DNA of 64,000 nt from Candidatus Poribacteria bacterium (GCA_965208675.1 OZ242351.1:3968001-4032000); one strand, 5' to 3'; shown: positions 30,537-40,404, counted from the first letter of the stretch. Numbers and translations: made by a program. Notes: generated from the sequence alone by a model not told the origin.

Positions 30537-32870
30537 ATGCGCCAAAAATTTAACAGGTATTTCAATGTATTGACGCTCATTTTGCTAGCGTTCTTGCCGC
30601 CGCTCCTGTTTGCGCAAGGCGCAGGTCGTATCAACGGATATCTGCACGACAAAGTTTCCGGATCCCCATTGCCATACGCTAGAATCATACTGGGTGACAC
30701 TCAATTCACCGCCGTGTCCGATGTACACGGTTATTATGTGTTGAGCGGAATACCCACGGGTAACTACAAGCTAATCGTTTCAAAGGCGCGGTATGAGCGC
30801 GTCGAGAAGGAGATTGAAATTCAGCCGGACGGTGAGCTAAGGCTCGATATTGAGGTCGCGCCGGAAGCGGTTGAACTTGAGGAAGTGACGGTAACAGGGG
30901 AATTAACGCGGTTTAAAGAAGATGTAGAAATCAGCCGCACGCACATCAGTTCTGAAGACATAGTAAATACCCCGTCATTTGTTGAAGCCGATGTCTTTCG
31001 CACAATCCAACAACTCCCGAGTGTCACTTCACAGAGCGACTTCAGCTCCGCGCTCATCGTACGCGGCGGAAGGCCCGATGAAAACTTGGTTCTGGTGGAT
31101 GGCGCGGAGATTTATAACCCTTATCATCTTGGCGGGTTGTTCTCCACTTTCAATGCGGACACTATTGCCGATGCTAAATTCCTAGCGGGCGGCTATCCCG
31201 CAGAGTACCCCGGTAGACTGTCATCTATCTTGGACATCACCTCAAGAGAGGGGAAGCAGATTAAGGGAAAAGGAGAAGTCTCGCTCCTCAGCAGCAAAAT
31301 GATGCTGGAAGGGCCGTTCTATAAGGGGGCTTGGATAATCTCCGGTAGAAGAACCTACTTCGATCTCATTGCCGAACGGTTCAACCGCGCAAGAGGAGAG
31401 GATCAGGACTGGCGATACTACTTTTGGGACGGTCAAATCAAAATCTTTAGCGATCTGAATGCGGAAAACAGGTTGACCTTCTCGACCTTTGATGGACGTG
31501 ATGTTCTGACGTTTTTCTATACTGGCGAAGATGAGTATTCGGACGACACCACAGATTTCAACTGGAATTGGGGGAATAATGCACCCAGCTTGAAGTGGCG
31601 GTACGTTCCAAACGCGAAATTCTTCTCAGAACTTGTATTAACGCGCTCCAATTTCGATTTTGACGTGGATCTGGAAGTCACCGAAGTCGACATTGATGCT
31701 AGCGAAGACCAAACTGTCGCTATGGCGAACAACCAGATTCAGGACTACTCGATCTCGGAACGGTTAACTTGGTATCTTTCGCCTCAGCATACCCTTAAGA
31801 TGGGAGCCACGGCAAAAAAACTGAACATGGAATTTAATTTGCATGTGGATAATGTCAATTACTTCGACGTCGCGCAAGACGCCTACATCTTTAACGCCTT
31901 CATTCAAGATAAATGGAAACTCAACGACCTGCTCTCGCTTCAGTTCGGATTGCGCGGCACCAAATATGAGTTGCACGATAACATCTATCTCGATCCGCGT
32001 TTCGGATTCAAATACCTGTTATCGGACAATCTGACGTTCAAGGGAAGTTGGGGGCGGTTCAGTCAATTCCTTTTTACTGTGAACGACGAAGATCAGGTGC
32101 TGCAAATCGTCGATTTTTGGCTGCCGGTGCCTGAAGAATATGATGCCATAAAGAATCAACATTTCATTCTTGGATTTGAAAGATGGTTTAACCCGGGATT
32201 TACCGGATCAGTTGAGGCATATTATAAACCCTACAGCAACGTCCTCACTAGCAATCTCGGCAACGATCCCGGCCGTGCGTTTGATGATTTCATCTCGGGT
32301 ACAGGACGTGTTTGGGGTTTGGAACTTTTCATGAAGAAAACCGCCGGGAAATTTACGGGCTGGCTCGGCTATTCATATTCGAATGTTGAAAGGCGGTTCG
32401 ATTTCAACCAAGATGGAAGGGTCGAAAAGACAGAGAATCGTGCGTCGGAAATCTATCCACCCAAATATTCGAGGCCGCATTCGCTCAACTTCGTTACCAG
32501 TTACCAGATGAGCCGGAACAACCGGTTCTCACTCTCCTGGACCGTGTCAAGCGGTCAACCCTATACACCGGTCGTCGGCAAAGTCTATTATGGCGGCGAC
32601 TCGCCGGATAACCCCTATGGGGACGTTATTAGTATAGAAGGCAGAAAGAATTCATCGCGGTATCCACCCTACGTACGCGGAGATATTGCCTGGATCAGAG
32701 ACATCTCACCCTTCGGGGCGAACGGAAAATTCAAGCTGCAGGTCATCAATTTTACCAATCATTACAACTATCTACTCTATATTTGGGATCACGACCGTTC
32801 ACCGTCAAAAGTTACAGCAATTAGTATGTTTCCAATTATCCCGACATTCGGAATAGAATTTGAGTTCTAA
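30537..32870 (+). CDS. TonB-dependent receptor with N-terminal carboxypeptidase-regulatory-like domain
   Basis: Signal peptide, LEEVTVTG, plug VRGGRPDENLVLVDG..YNPYHLGG, terminal FEF. Confidence 0.9.
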   Translation: MRQKFNRYFNVLTLILLAFLPPLLFAQGAGRINGYLHDKVSGSPLPYARIILGDTQFTAVSDVHGYYVLSGIPTGNYKLIVSKARYERVEKEIEIQPDGELRLDIEVAPEAVELEEVTVTGELTRFKEDVEISRTHISSEDIVNTPSFVEADVFRTIQQLPSVTSQSDFSSALIVRGGRPDENLVLVDGAEIYNPYHLGGLFSTFNADTIADAKFLAGGYPAEYPGRLSSILDITSREGKQIKGKGEVSLLSSKMMLEGPFYKGAWIISGRRTYFDLIAERFNRARGEDQDWRYYFWDGQIKIFSDLNAENRLTFSTFDGRDVLTFFYTGEDEYSDDTTDFNWNWGNNAPSLKWRYVPNAKFFSELVLTRSNFDFDVDLEVTEVDIDASEDQTVAMANNQIQDYSISERLTWYLSPQHTLKMGATAKKLNMEFNLHVDNVNYFDVAQDAYIFNAFIQDKWKLNDLLSLQFGLRGTKYELHDNIYLDPRFGFKYLLSDNLTFKGSWGRFSQFLFTVNDEDQVLQIVDFWLPVPEEYDAIKNQHFILGFERWFNPGFTGSVEAYYKPYSNVLTSNLGNDPGRAFDDFISGTGRVWGLELFMKKTAGKFTGWLGYSYSNVERRFDFNQDGRVEKTENRASEIYPPKYSRPHSLNFVTSYQMSRNNRFSLSWTVSSGQPYTPVVGKVYYGGDSPDNPYGDVISIEGRKNSSRYPPYVRGDIAWIRDISPFGANGKFKLQVINFTNHYNYLLYIWDHDRSPSKVTAISMFPIIPTFGIEFEF

Positions 32871-33918
32871 GAGGAAAACCGTGCATATTCTAAGAGTCTG
32901 CCTCGCGGCGCTCTTGCTAGTTGCCGCGCTCTCATGCGAGCGGGAACTGGAGGTCGCCGATTTCAAAGATGATTTCGGAAATTACCAACCGGAACTAAAA
33001 GTTGAGGGTTTGCTTGACTATGATGCTCCGGAAAATTCCGTCATTCGGATTATCAGAACCGAGGCGATTGCGGAATCTGATGTGTTCGACGGAATTGACA
33101 ATGACGGAGACGGCGAAATTGACGAGTATGATGAGACGCTCCCGCTTATTCAGGATACAACGGCAACCGTCACTGTGACGAATTTAAATTCAGGGGAGGC
33201 ATACGAATTCCTGTACGTTACGCTGGCGGAGGAGTTGTTCTATCGGGAATTTCATGATGATTCCCCCCGCCTAGCTGGAAGAAGGGTTTATGGCGATGGC
33301 GGCTACAAACCAAAAAGTGCAGACGGTTTTCAGGTGGAACTCTTTGCCCAATATCGTTTGGAAATCTTTTCCGAAGCCTTCGACCAGACAATTACCGGCG
33401 TGACGACAGTCTATCCGCCGGTTGAATTCATCGACATTGATACCCTCTCAATCCTTAACGGCGGCCGCATAACGCTGGATAGAAATGTCGAAAAGACTAT
33501 CTACTGGCGTTCAGACTTGGAGGTGACTTCATACTTCGTTACCGTTGTCACCGTATTTGAATTGGACAACGTATTTCTTGAAGAAGAGCTATTCCTTGAG
33601 GACCCGCAACTCCATGAGGACGAACGGTTCGTCGAATCTGTCGATTCGTTCTCACTGTCCAGGGACAAAGATTTGACAGAACAGCACGGAGTCTCAATCG
33701 GCAAAGAGAGTTTCTTTGTGGGGCGGGAGGCTAATGCCGGCAAAACCTTGTCAATAATCGTCGACGGGCTAAGCCCGGAATATGGGCGTTACATCTTTTC
33801 GGCGTTGCCGCTGAACGACGCGCAGAGATCCAACCTTCGCGATCAAGACGGAAAACCCGTCATGGGCGCCTTCGGCGCAACCGCGTCAAACAGAATACAA
33901 GTGGAAATCGAAGAGTAA
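32860..33918 (+). CDS. Lipoprotein partner of the TBDR (DUF4249-like position)
   Basis: AALSC lipobox, acidic DGIDNDGDGEIDE metal-binding-like motif, terminal MGAFG; overlaps the TBDR stop. Confidence 0.7.
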   Translation: MSSKRKTVHILRVCLAALLLVAALSCERELEVADFKDDFGNYQPELKVEGLLDYDAPENSVIRIIRTEAIAESDVFDGIDNDGDGEIDEYDETLPLIQDTTATVTVTNLNSGEAYEFLYVTLAEELFYREFHDDSPRLAGRRVYGDGGYKPKSADGFQVELFAQYRLEIFSEAFDQTITGVTTVYPPVEFIDIDTLSILNGGRITLDRNVEKTIYWRSDLEVTSYFVTVVTVFELDNVFLEEELFLEDPQLHEDERFVESVDSFSLSRDKDLTEQHGVSIGKESFFVGREANAGKTLSIIVDGLSPEYGRYIFSALPLNDAQRSNLRDQDGKPVMGAFGATASNRIQVEIEE

Positions 33919-33926
33919 TACTTTTC

Positions 33927-34108
33927 GGTTCTTGTCGGTTGGGTAGAGCGATCAACCGACCGAATAGGGAGGGATCAACCGAGTGAATAACGAGGGCGAT
34001 AGTCTTATCCGAATGGTTTGCGATAAACCAAAAACTCCGCAATACCCAAAAGCGTTGGCTTTCGCTCCACCACATTACTTACCAAACAATTGATGCATAC
34101 GATCCAAT
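33927..34108 (+). repeat. GTAG-REP/REPIN-like element E1 (right end truncated)
   Basis: GTTCTTGTCGGTTGGGTAGAGCGATCAACCGACCGAAT...CCCAAAAGCGTTGGCTTTCGCT. Confidence 0.8.
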
Positions 34109-34555
34109 TTCTAAATACCCCCCTGATAAGGGGGGCTAGGGGGTTGCCACTCTTTTTTATTCGGATAGCGCTTTTCAGATTAAAGCTAGCCAATCCATAA
34201 GCCATCCAAGGGAATTGTCAGCCTCTACCCCATTGTAGGCGGTGAATCTTGCCCCGCAAAGTAGTAGGCACACTCCGTGTGCCGTAATCTTCTTTGAAAT
34301 CACACTACCCATACAATACACCATAACCGCGCAATCTAGCGATTGAATAGGGCGCAATAGTCGTCGGCTCCTGTATCCTGTAGGAGCGATCTCCGAATCG
34401 CGGCACTTATTTGAAACCGAGTTTTTTTCTTCAAAACTCGGTTTCTCCTAATCCTAATTGCAGTCCGAATCTCAGATTTAATAGATTCTAACGTGAATTC
34501 GGCCTGAACAATGTCTCAGACGAAATCGTAATCTATCCGACAGGAGTTGAATACT
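34108..34555 (+). repeat. About 450-bp upstream module (copy at 37797..38241; 3' part also at 35614..35798)
   Basis: Contains CCCCTGATAAGGGGG, GTAGGCACACTCCGTGTGCC, GTAGGAGCGATCTCCGAATCGCGG and the hairpin GAAACCGAGTTTT..AAAACTCGGTTTC. Confidence 0.85.
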
Positions 34556-35311
34556 ATGCCAATCAAAACTTTCCGATTCGTGATTGTTCTCTTGGGAACC
34601 GTCGCTGTGTTTGTGCGAATGTGTATCGCTGGTACGTGGATAGACGATTTCAGTGACCGAACCCTTCGAGATTGGGAAGGCGGTCTAATAAATGACGAGG
34701 TTAGCGCAGGTGTTGTTGGTGGACACTTCTATTATAGAGGAAAAAATGAACGAGCAGGTTATTATATGAAAAATTGGGCATTAGGGAAAATCCAAGATTT
34801 TTCGCTCGAGTTGAAGTTTATGGTTAGAGACCTCCGAGTCCCAGAGCGGTGTTCTTGGACTATTAATTATGACTCATTTAACGTAGAAACGCTGAATCGC
34901 AACGGGCTGATGGGCTTTTTGTGGTATCCCAATTTTGAGAAACCCAACATTATGGATGTTACAATTGATCGCTTCGAGCGGGAGGGGCACGCCTGGATTC
35001 CACAGACCGCTGCAATAGACAGCTTCGCATTCGAAGAAAAGGTCTGGTACACATTGCGGATTGAACGCGAAGGAAACCAATACACTTTTTCGATGGGCGA
35101 TTTGATTTTATTCGCAGAAGATGATACAGTGCAGATGGGTACGATTGAGCTGAGATTTTATGAACGGAATACCATCTGGTTGGATGATTTTACAGTGACC
35201 GGCCCCGATGTTCCGAATGGCGGACCTGGCTTTTTGGGAGTCAATCCATTGGCAGAACAATTAACGACGATGTGGGGAAAGCTGAAAGCACAGAACTGGC
35301 AGTTCTTGTAG
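34556..35311 (+). CDS. Secreted beta-sandwich (ConA/DUF1080-like) protein, paralog P1
   Basis: Signal peptide, GTWIDDFSD, WYTLRIEREGN, IWLDDFTVTGPDVP, C-terminal VNPLAEQLTTMWGKLK; AGGAG RBS. Confidence 0.8.
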   Translation: MPIKTFRFVIVLLGTVAVFVRMCIAGTWIDDFSDRTLRDWEGGLINDEVSAGVVGGHFYYRGKNERAGYYMKNWALGKIQDFSLELKFMVRDLRVPERCSWTINYDSFNVETLNRNGLMGFLWYPNFEKPNIMDVTIDRFEREGHAWIPQTAAIDSFAFEEKVWYTLRIEREGNQYTFSMGDLILFAEDDTVQMGTIELRFYERNTIWLDDFTVTGPDVPNGGPGFLGVNPLAEQLTTMWGKLKAQNWQFL

Positions 35312-35615
35312 GTTGGGTAGAGCGATCAACCGACCGAATAGGGAGGGATCAACTGAGTGAATAGCGAAGGCGATAGTCTTGACCGGCAACCAAAACGACT
35401 ACCAAACGAAAAATCCGTCCCATTTACGCGAAAACTCCGCCGTTTATCATGGATTAAATTATCATCGTATTGACGCTATCACTAGCCTATCCAAACGTCC
35501 CAAAAGCGTTGGGTTCGCTACACCTTAACAATTTCAGCACATATTCCAATACCGAAATCCATTGGACATTATTCGCGTCTTTCATTTAATCCGCTTAACC
35601 CAACCTACAAAAACT
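35301..35615. mobile_element. REPIN/MITE-like element E2
   Basis: Terminal IRs AGTTCTTGTAGGTTGGGTAGAGCG ... CGCTTAACCCAACCTACAAAAACT. Confidence 0.8.
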
Positions 35616-35798
35616 GTATCCTATAGGAGCGATCTCCGAATCGCGGTACTCATTTGAAACCTAGTTTTTTCTTGAAAACTCGGTTTCTCCTAATCCTAAT
35701 TGCAGTCCGATTCTCAGATTTAATAGATTCTAGCGTGAATTCAACCTGAACAATGACACAGACGAAATCGTAATCTTTTCGATAGGAGTTGAAATACT

Positions 35799-36542
35799 AT
35801 GCCAATCAAAACTTTCCGATTCATGGTTGTTCTCTTTGTAACCGTCGTTTTGTTTGGACGAATGTGTATCGCCGGTACGTGGATAGACGATTTCAGTGAC
35901 CCAACCCTTCGAGATTGGGAGGGCAGTCGAATAAATGTCGGGTTTAACACAGGTGTTGTTGATGGACACTTCTATTATAGAGGAACAAATCAACACGTTA
36001 ATGATATGGAGAATATTGCATTAGGGAAAATCCAAGATTTTTCGCTCGAGTTGAAATTTATGATTAGAAACCTCCGAGTTCCAGAGTATAGTTTTTGGAC
36101 TATTGAATATTCTTCATTTAACGAAGAAACGTGGAATTACGACGGGATTATGCAATTTTTGTGGTATCCCCAAGGGGAACCCAAAATTAACATTATGGAT
36201 GTTACAATTGATTGCTTCGAGCAGGAGGGGGACGCCTTTTTTCCACAGACCGCTGCAATAGACAGCTTTGCATTCGAAGAAAAGGTCTGGTACACGTTGA
36301 GGATTGCTCGCGAAGGAAACCAATACACTTTTTCGATGGGCGATGTTAGCTTATTCACAGAAGATGATACAGTGCCTATGGGGACGATTGAGTTGTCCTT
36401 TCATGGACGGAATACCATCTGGTTGGATGATTTTATCGTGACCGGCCCCGATGTGCCGAATGGCGGTCCAGGCTATTTGGGAGTCAATCCATTGGCAGAA
36501 CAATTAACGACGATGTGGGGAAGGCTCAAAGCACAGAACTGA
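35799..36542 (+). CDS. Secreted beta-sandwich protein, paralog P2
   Basis: Colinear with P1 and P3. Confidence 0.8.
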   Translation: MPIKTFRFMVVLFVTVVLFGRMCIAGTWIDDFSDPTLRDWEGSRINVGFNTGVVDGHFYYRGTNQHVNDMENIALGKIQDFSLELKFMIRNLRVPEYSFWTIEYSSFNEETWNYDGIMQFLWYPQGEPKINIMDVTIDCFEQEGDAFFPQTAAIDSFAFEEKVWYTLRIAREGNQYTFSMGDVSLFTEDDTVPMGTIELSFHGRNTIWLDDFIVTGPDVPNGGPGYLGVNPLAEQLTTMWGRLKAQN

Positions 36543-36651
36543 CCGAATCCGTTTTCCCGTCTTCCGAGCTTGCTATTACCCACAAGTCTCTGGAGTCAAA
36601 CGCCGTCTATGTTGGGGCTAAGAACGACTGTTCATTTCGGTATGGTGTAAA

Positions 36652-36706
36652 CTGTGGGAAGGACATCCCTGTCCCGATAATCAGGGCTAGGAAGCCCTTC
36701 CCACAG
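36652..36706. repeat. Inverted REP doublet of a second family
   Basis: CTGTGGGAAGGACATCCCTGTCCCGA-taa-TCAGGGCTAGGAAGCCCTTCCCACAG. Confidence 0.65.
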
Positions 36707-36715
36707 GAGCTTCAC

Positions 36716-37012
36716 AGTTCTTGTAGGTTGGGTTGAGCGGACTTCACCAAATGATGTACAATTTCACGTTTTGCTCTAGAAGTCTAACGACGTCCAAGAT
36801 CCGATGGACAGAGCGTAACCCAACGATCAACCGAGCGAATAGCGAAGGCGATAGTTTTATCCGAATGGCTTCCGATAAACCAAAAACTCCGCAATACCCA
36901 AAAGCGTTGGGTTCGCTACACCTTAACAATTTCAGCACATATTCCAATACCGAAATCCATTGGACATTTTTGCGTCTTACATTTAATCCGCTTAACTCAA
37001 CCTACAAAAACT
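36716..37012. mobile_element. REPIN/MITE-like element E3 (two complete REP arms)
   Basis: GTAGGTTGGGTTGAGCGGA-70nt-AGCGTAACCCAAC ... GTTGGGTTCGCT-69nt-TCCGCTTAACTCAACCTAC. Confidence 0.8.
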
Positions 37013-37013
37013 T

Positions 37014-37757
37014 ATGGAAAGTACATCAATGCCCACCCGTGTTTTAGTGAATGGAGCCTCAGGTAGAATGGGACAGGTTGCGATAGAGGCAGTTAATCTT
37101 GATGGCGGTCTGGAACTGGCGGGAACGGGACATCGAGGAGACGACCTATTATCCCTGATTGAGATAACTAATCCCGATGTTGTGTTGGACTTTACAACAG
37201 CAACGGTTGTCTTTGAAAACACCGCAACTATCATCAAAGCAGGCGTGCACCCCGTAATCGGAACAAGTGGCTTGTTGGAAGCCCAAGTTGAAAAGTTGGT
37301 TGCGTTGTGTGAACAGCAGCGACTAGGAGGCGTAATCGTGCCGAACTTTTCTATTTCTGCTGTGTTGATGATGAAGTTTGCAAAGCATGCGGCGCGTTAC
37401 TTTGACAGAGTTGAAATAATTGAGCGTCATCATGATGAGAAAAAAGATTCGCCTTCGGGCACAGCCATAAGAACCGCGGAGATGATGGCAGAGGATATTT
37501 CTTCACGAGATGATATTGAGGAGGAAGCAACGATTCCGGGGGTGAGAGGTGCGCTCTATCAGGGGATTTCAATACACTCGATACGGTTGCCCGGTCTGGT
37601 TGCGCATCAGGAGGTTCTTTTTGGCGGACCGGGCCAATTGCTAACCATAAAAAGTGATCTTATCAACCGAGATGCATTTAGTCCGGGGATTTGCCTTGCC
37701 TGCAAGGAAGTCGTAAACTTAAACGAATTGAAATGCGGTCTGGAACAATTTTTATAA
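37014..37757 (+). CDS. dapB: 4-hydroxy-tetrahydrodipicolinate reductase
   Basis: GASGRMG, DFT, VIGTSG, PNFS, EIIERHHDEKKDSPSGTA, HSIRLPG. Confidence 0.96.
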   Translation: MESTSMPTRVLVNGASGRMGQVAIEAVNLDGGLELAGTGHRGDDLLSLIEITNPDVVLDFTTATVVFENTATIIKAGVHPVIGTSGLLEAQVEKLVALCEQQRLGGVIVPNFSISAVLMMKFAKHAARYFDRVEIIERHHDEKKDSPSGTAIRTAEMMAEDISSRDDIEEEATIPGVRGALYQGISIHSIRLPGLVAHQEVLFGGPGQLLTIKSDLINRDAFSPGICLACKEVVNLNELKCGLEQFL

Positions 37758-37758
37758 G

Positions 37759-37797
37759 AGTTCTTATAGGTTGGGTAGAGCGATCAACCGACCGAAT
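37759..37797 (+). repeat. Element E4 (left arm only), starting 2 nt after the dapB stop
   Basis: AGTTCTTATAGGTTGGGTAGAGCGATCAACCGACCGAAT. Confidence 0.8.
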
Positions 37798-38241
37798 TTT
37801 TAAATTCCTCCCTGATAAGGGGGGCTAGGGGGGTTGCCACTCTTTTTTATTCGTTTATCGTACTTCAGAATGAAGTTCCCCGATCCATAAGCCGTCGAAG
37901 GTCATTGTCAGACGCTACCCCATTGTAAGAGGGGCATCTTCCCCCGCAAAGTAGTAGGCACACTCCGTGTGCCGTAATCTTCTGTGAAATCACACTACCC
38001 ATTCACCGCAACCGCGCAATCAAGCGATCGAAAAGGGCGCAATAGTTGTCGGCTCCTGTATCCTGTAGGAGCGATCTCCGAATCGCGGCACTTATTTGAA
38101 ACCGAGTTTTTTTCTTCAAAACTCGGTTTCTCCTAATCCTAATTGCATCCCGATTCTCGGATTTATTAGATTCTAACGTGAATTCAGCCTGAACAATGAC
38201 ACAGACGAAATCGTAACCCTTTAGACAGGAGTTGAAATACT
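37797..38241 (+). repeat. Second copy of the upstream module
   Basis: Colinear with 34108..34555. Confidence 0.85.
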
Positions 38242-38988
38242 ATGCCAATCAGAATATTCCGATTCATGATTGTTCTCTTCGTAACCGTCTTTGTGTTTGG
38301 ACGAATTTGTATCGCCGGGACGTGGATTGACGATTTCAGTGACCGAACCCTTAGAGATTGGGGGGGCGGTCGAAGAAATCACGAGTTTAGCACAGGTGTT
38401 GTTGGTGGACACTTCTATTATAGAGGGATAGTTGAACAAGCATTTTGTCATATGGAGAATAGGGGATTAGGGAAAATCCAAGACTTTTCGCTCCAGTTGA
38501 AGTTTATGGTTAGAAACCTCCGAGACCTACGGCAGGGTTTTTTGACTATTGATTATTCTTCATTTAACGAAGAAACGTGGAATACCGACGGGATTATGCA
38601 ATTTTCGTGGTATCCCCAAGGGGAACCCAAAATTAACATTATGGATGTTACAATTGATTGCTTCGAGCAGGAGGGGGACGCCTTTTTTCCACAGACCGCT
38701 GCAATAGACAGCTTTGCATTCGAAGAAAAGGTCTGGTACACGTTGAGGATTGCTCGCGAAGGAAACCAATACACTTTTTCGATGGGCGATGTTATATTAT
38801 TCGCAGAAGATGATTCAGTGTCGATGGGTACGATTGACCTGTTATTTTTTGGAAGGTGTACCGTCTGGTTGGATGATTTTACCGTGACCGGCCCCGATGT
38901 GCCGAATGGCGGGCCTGGCTTTTTGGGAGTCAATCCATTGGCAGAACAATTAACGACGATGTGGGGAAAGCTGAAAGCACGGAACTGA
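38242..38988 (+). CDS. Secreted beta-sandwich protein, paralog P3
   Basis: Colinear with P1 and P2. Confidence 0.8.
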   Translation: MPIRIFRFMIVLFVTVFVFGRICIAGTWIDDFSDRTLRDWGGGRRNHEFSTGVVGGHFYYRGIVEQAFCHMENRGLGKIQDFSLQLKFMVRNLRDLRQGFLTIDYSSFNEETWNTDGIMQFSWYPQGEPKINIMDVTIDCFEQEGDAFFPQTAAIDSFAFEEKVWYTLRIAREGNQYTFSMGDVILFAEDDSVSMGTIDLLFFGRCTVWLDDFTVTGPDVPNGGPGFLGVNPLAEQLTTMWGKLKARN

Positions 38989-38989
38989 C

Positions 38990-39234
38990 AGTTCTTGTAG
39001 GTTGGATAGAGCGATCAACCGACCGAATAGGGAGGGATCAACTGAGTGAATAACGAGGGCGATAGTCTTTTCTTGCCTTATCCGTATCGCTTCCGATAAA
39101 CCAAAAGCTCCGCGATACCCAAAAGCGTTGGGTTCGCTACACCTTAACAATTTCAGCACATATTCAAATACCGATATTCATTGGCCATTTTTCGCGTCTT
39201 TCATTTAATCCGCTTAACCCAACCTACAAAAACT
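38990..39234. mobile_element. REPIN/MITE-like element E5
   Basis: AGTTCTTGTAGGTTGGATAGAGCG ... CGCTTAACCCAACCTACAAAAACT. Confidence 0.8.
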
Positions 39235-39338
39235 CGGTGTCTCCTAACCAACGTCCGCCTTTCCCGCTCAATTTCCCACCTAAAGTCCAACCTAGACCTT
39301 TACCCAATTGTCGGTTCAACGGTTGCCCAAAAAGGCAC

Positions 39339-39367
39339 TTGATAATTGTGTTGCTTTAAGCTACAAT
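39339..39367 (+). promoter_or_regulatory. TA operon promoter with overlapping imperfect palindrome
   Basis: TTGATA-17 nt-TACAAT; ATTGT...ACAAT inverted repeat. Confidence 0.6.
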
Positions 39368-39377
39368 ATAGGAAATC

Positions 39378-39635
39378 ATGTATACGGTTCGCTATCGAGC
39401 AGGCGTAGCAAAGATGCTCCAGCGTATGCCGCGGAACGTCGCTAAAACCGTTGTACGTAAGATTGACCAACTTGCTGAGTCGCCTTATGCGCCGAACAAA
39501 AATGTAACGCGTTTAAAGGGTGAACGAGGATACCGGCTCAGAGTAGGTGATTGGCGTGTGTTATATGAGATTCGGGACAATAACCTCGTCATCGAAATTA
39601 TCAAAATCGGACCAAGAGGAGGCGTGTATCAATGA
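39378..39635 (+). CDS. RelE/ParE family toxin
   Basis: LKGERGYRLRVGDWRVLY..IGPRGGVY. Confidence 0.9.
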   Translation: MYTVRYRAGVAKMLQRMPRNVAKTVVRKIDQLAESPYAPNKNVTRLKGERGYRLRVGDWRVLYEIRDNNLVIEIIKIGPRGGVYQ

Positions 39636-39991
39636 ATGTTGAGACCGTCGAAAGACAAGGAGTGGAATATGTCCTTGTACCGAGAGTACAGTACAATCAG
39701 CTCTTAGAAGATGCGGAGATGCTGAGAGACATTAGAGAGTTCCGTGAAGCAAAAGACGCTGGCGAGGAAACCTACCCGAGTGAAGTGATTAACCGGCTGA
39801 TTCTAAATGAGGAGAGTCCAATACGGGTTTATCGAGACTATCGGGGACTCACGCAGCAGCAACTCGCTGATAAGTGCGGGATTCAGCGCGCATATTTAGC
39901 AGAGATTGAAACCGGGCGCAAGGCCGGTTCCATTAAAACTTTGAAGACAATCGCCGCAGCGCTTGGCGTTGAACTAACCTCCATCTCATGA
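39632..39991 (+). CDS. XRE-family HTH antitoxin
   Basis: RGLTQQQLADKCGIQRAYLAEIETG; ATGA overlap with the toxin. Confidence 0.9.
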   Translation: MNVETVERQGVEYVLVPRVQYNQLLEDAEMLRDIREFREAKDAGEETYPSEVINRLILNEESPIRVYRDYRGLTQQQLADKCGIQRAYLAEIETGRKAGSIKTLKTIAAALGVELTSIS

Positions 39992-40165
39992 GGTGGAAAG
40001 TTTAATCGCTCTGAATTGGGAAAAGGTCGGGGATTCTCTCGTCTTTGCCGATTGGATTGGGTCGATCAAAAAGCCGGTAAGCCTGTCGCAACTGTCCACC
40101 CTTCATATTCGAGGATACGCGAAAGATTAAGATGAATTCCTTCGCAGTTATAGAAAGGTGCAATA

Positions 40166-40402
40166 ATGAGCCAAATTGTCGTAAATCCAGAAATTCTGGG
40201 TGGGAAACCAATTATCGAAAGCACTCGCCTCAGTGTAGAGCATGTGTTAGGGTTACTCGCGAGCGGCATGTCCCACACAGAGATCTTTGAAGCCTTCCCA
40301 GAGTTGAATGAAGAAAACCTTCAATTGGTGCTCGCGTATGCATCTCGGGCACTCCGTGATGAGGTGATAATCGATCTCCCAATCACCCATGGCGGGGTTT
40401 GA
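40166..40402 (+). CDS. DUF433 antitoxin
   Basis: IVVNPEILGGKPIIESTRLSV..GMSHTEIFEAFPEL. Confidence 0.9.
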   Translation: MSQIVVNPEILGGKPIIESTRLSVEHVLGLLASGMSHTEIFEAFPELNEENLQLVLAYASRALRDEVIIDLPITHGGV

Positions 40403-40404
40403 CA

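Noticed and set aside
34556-38988. Diversity-generating retroelement explanation for P1-P3 variability
   Set aside because: No reverse transcriptase or template repeat in the window. Substitutions involve all four bases, include codon indels and are spread over several patches.
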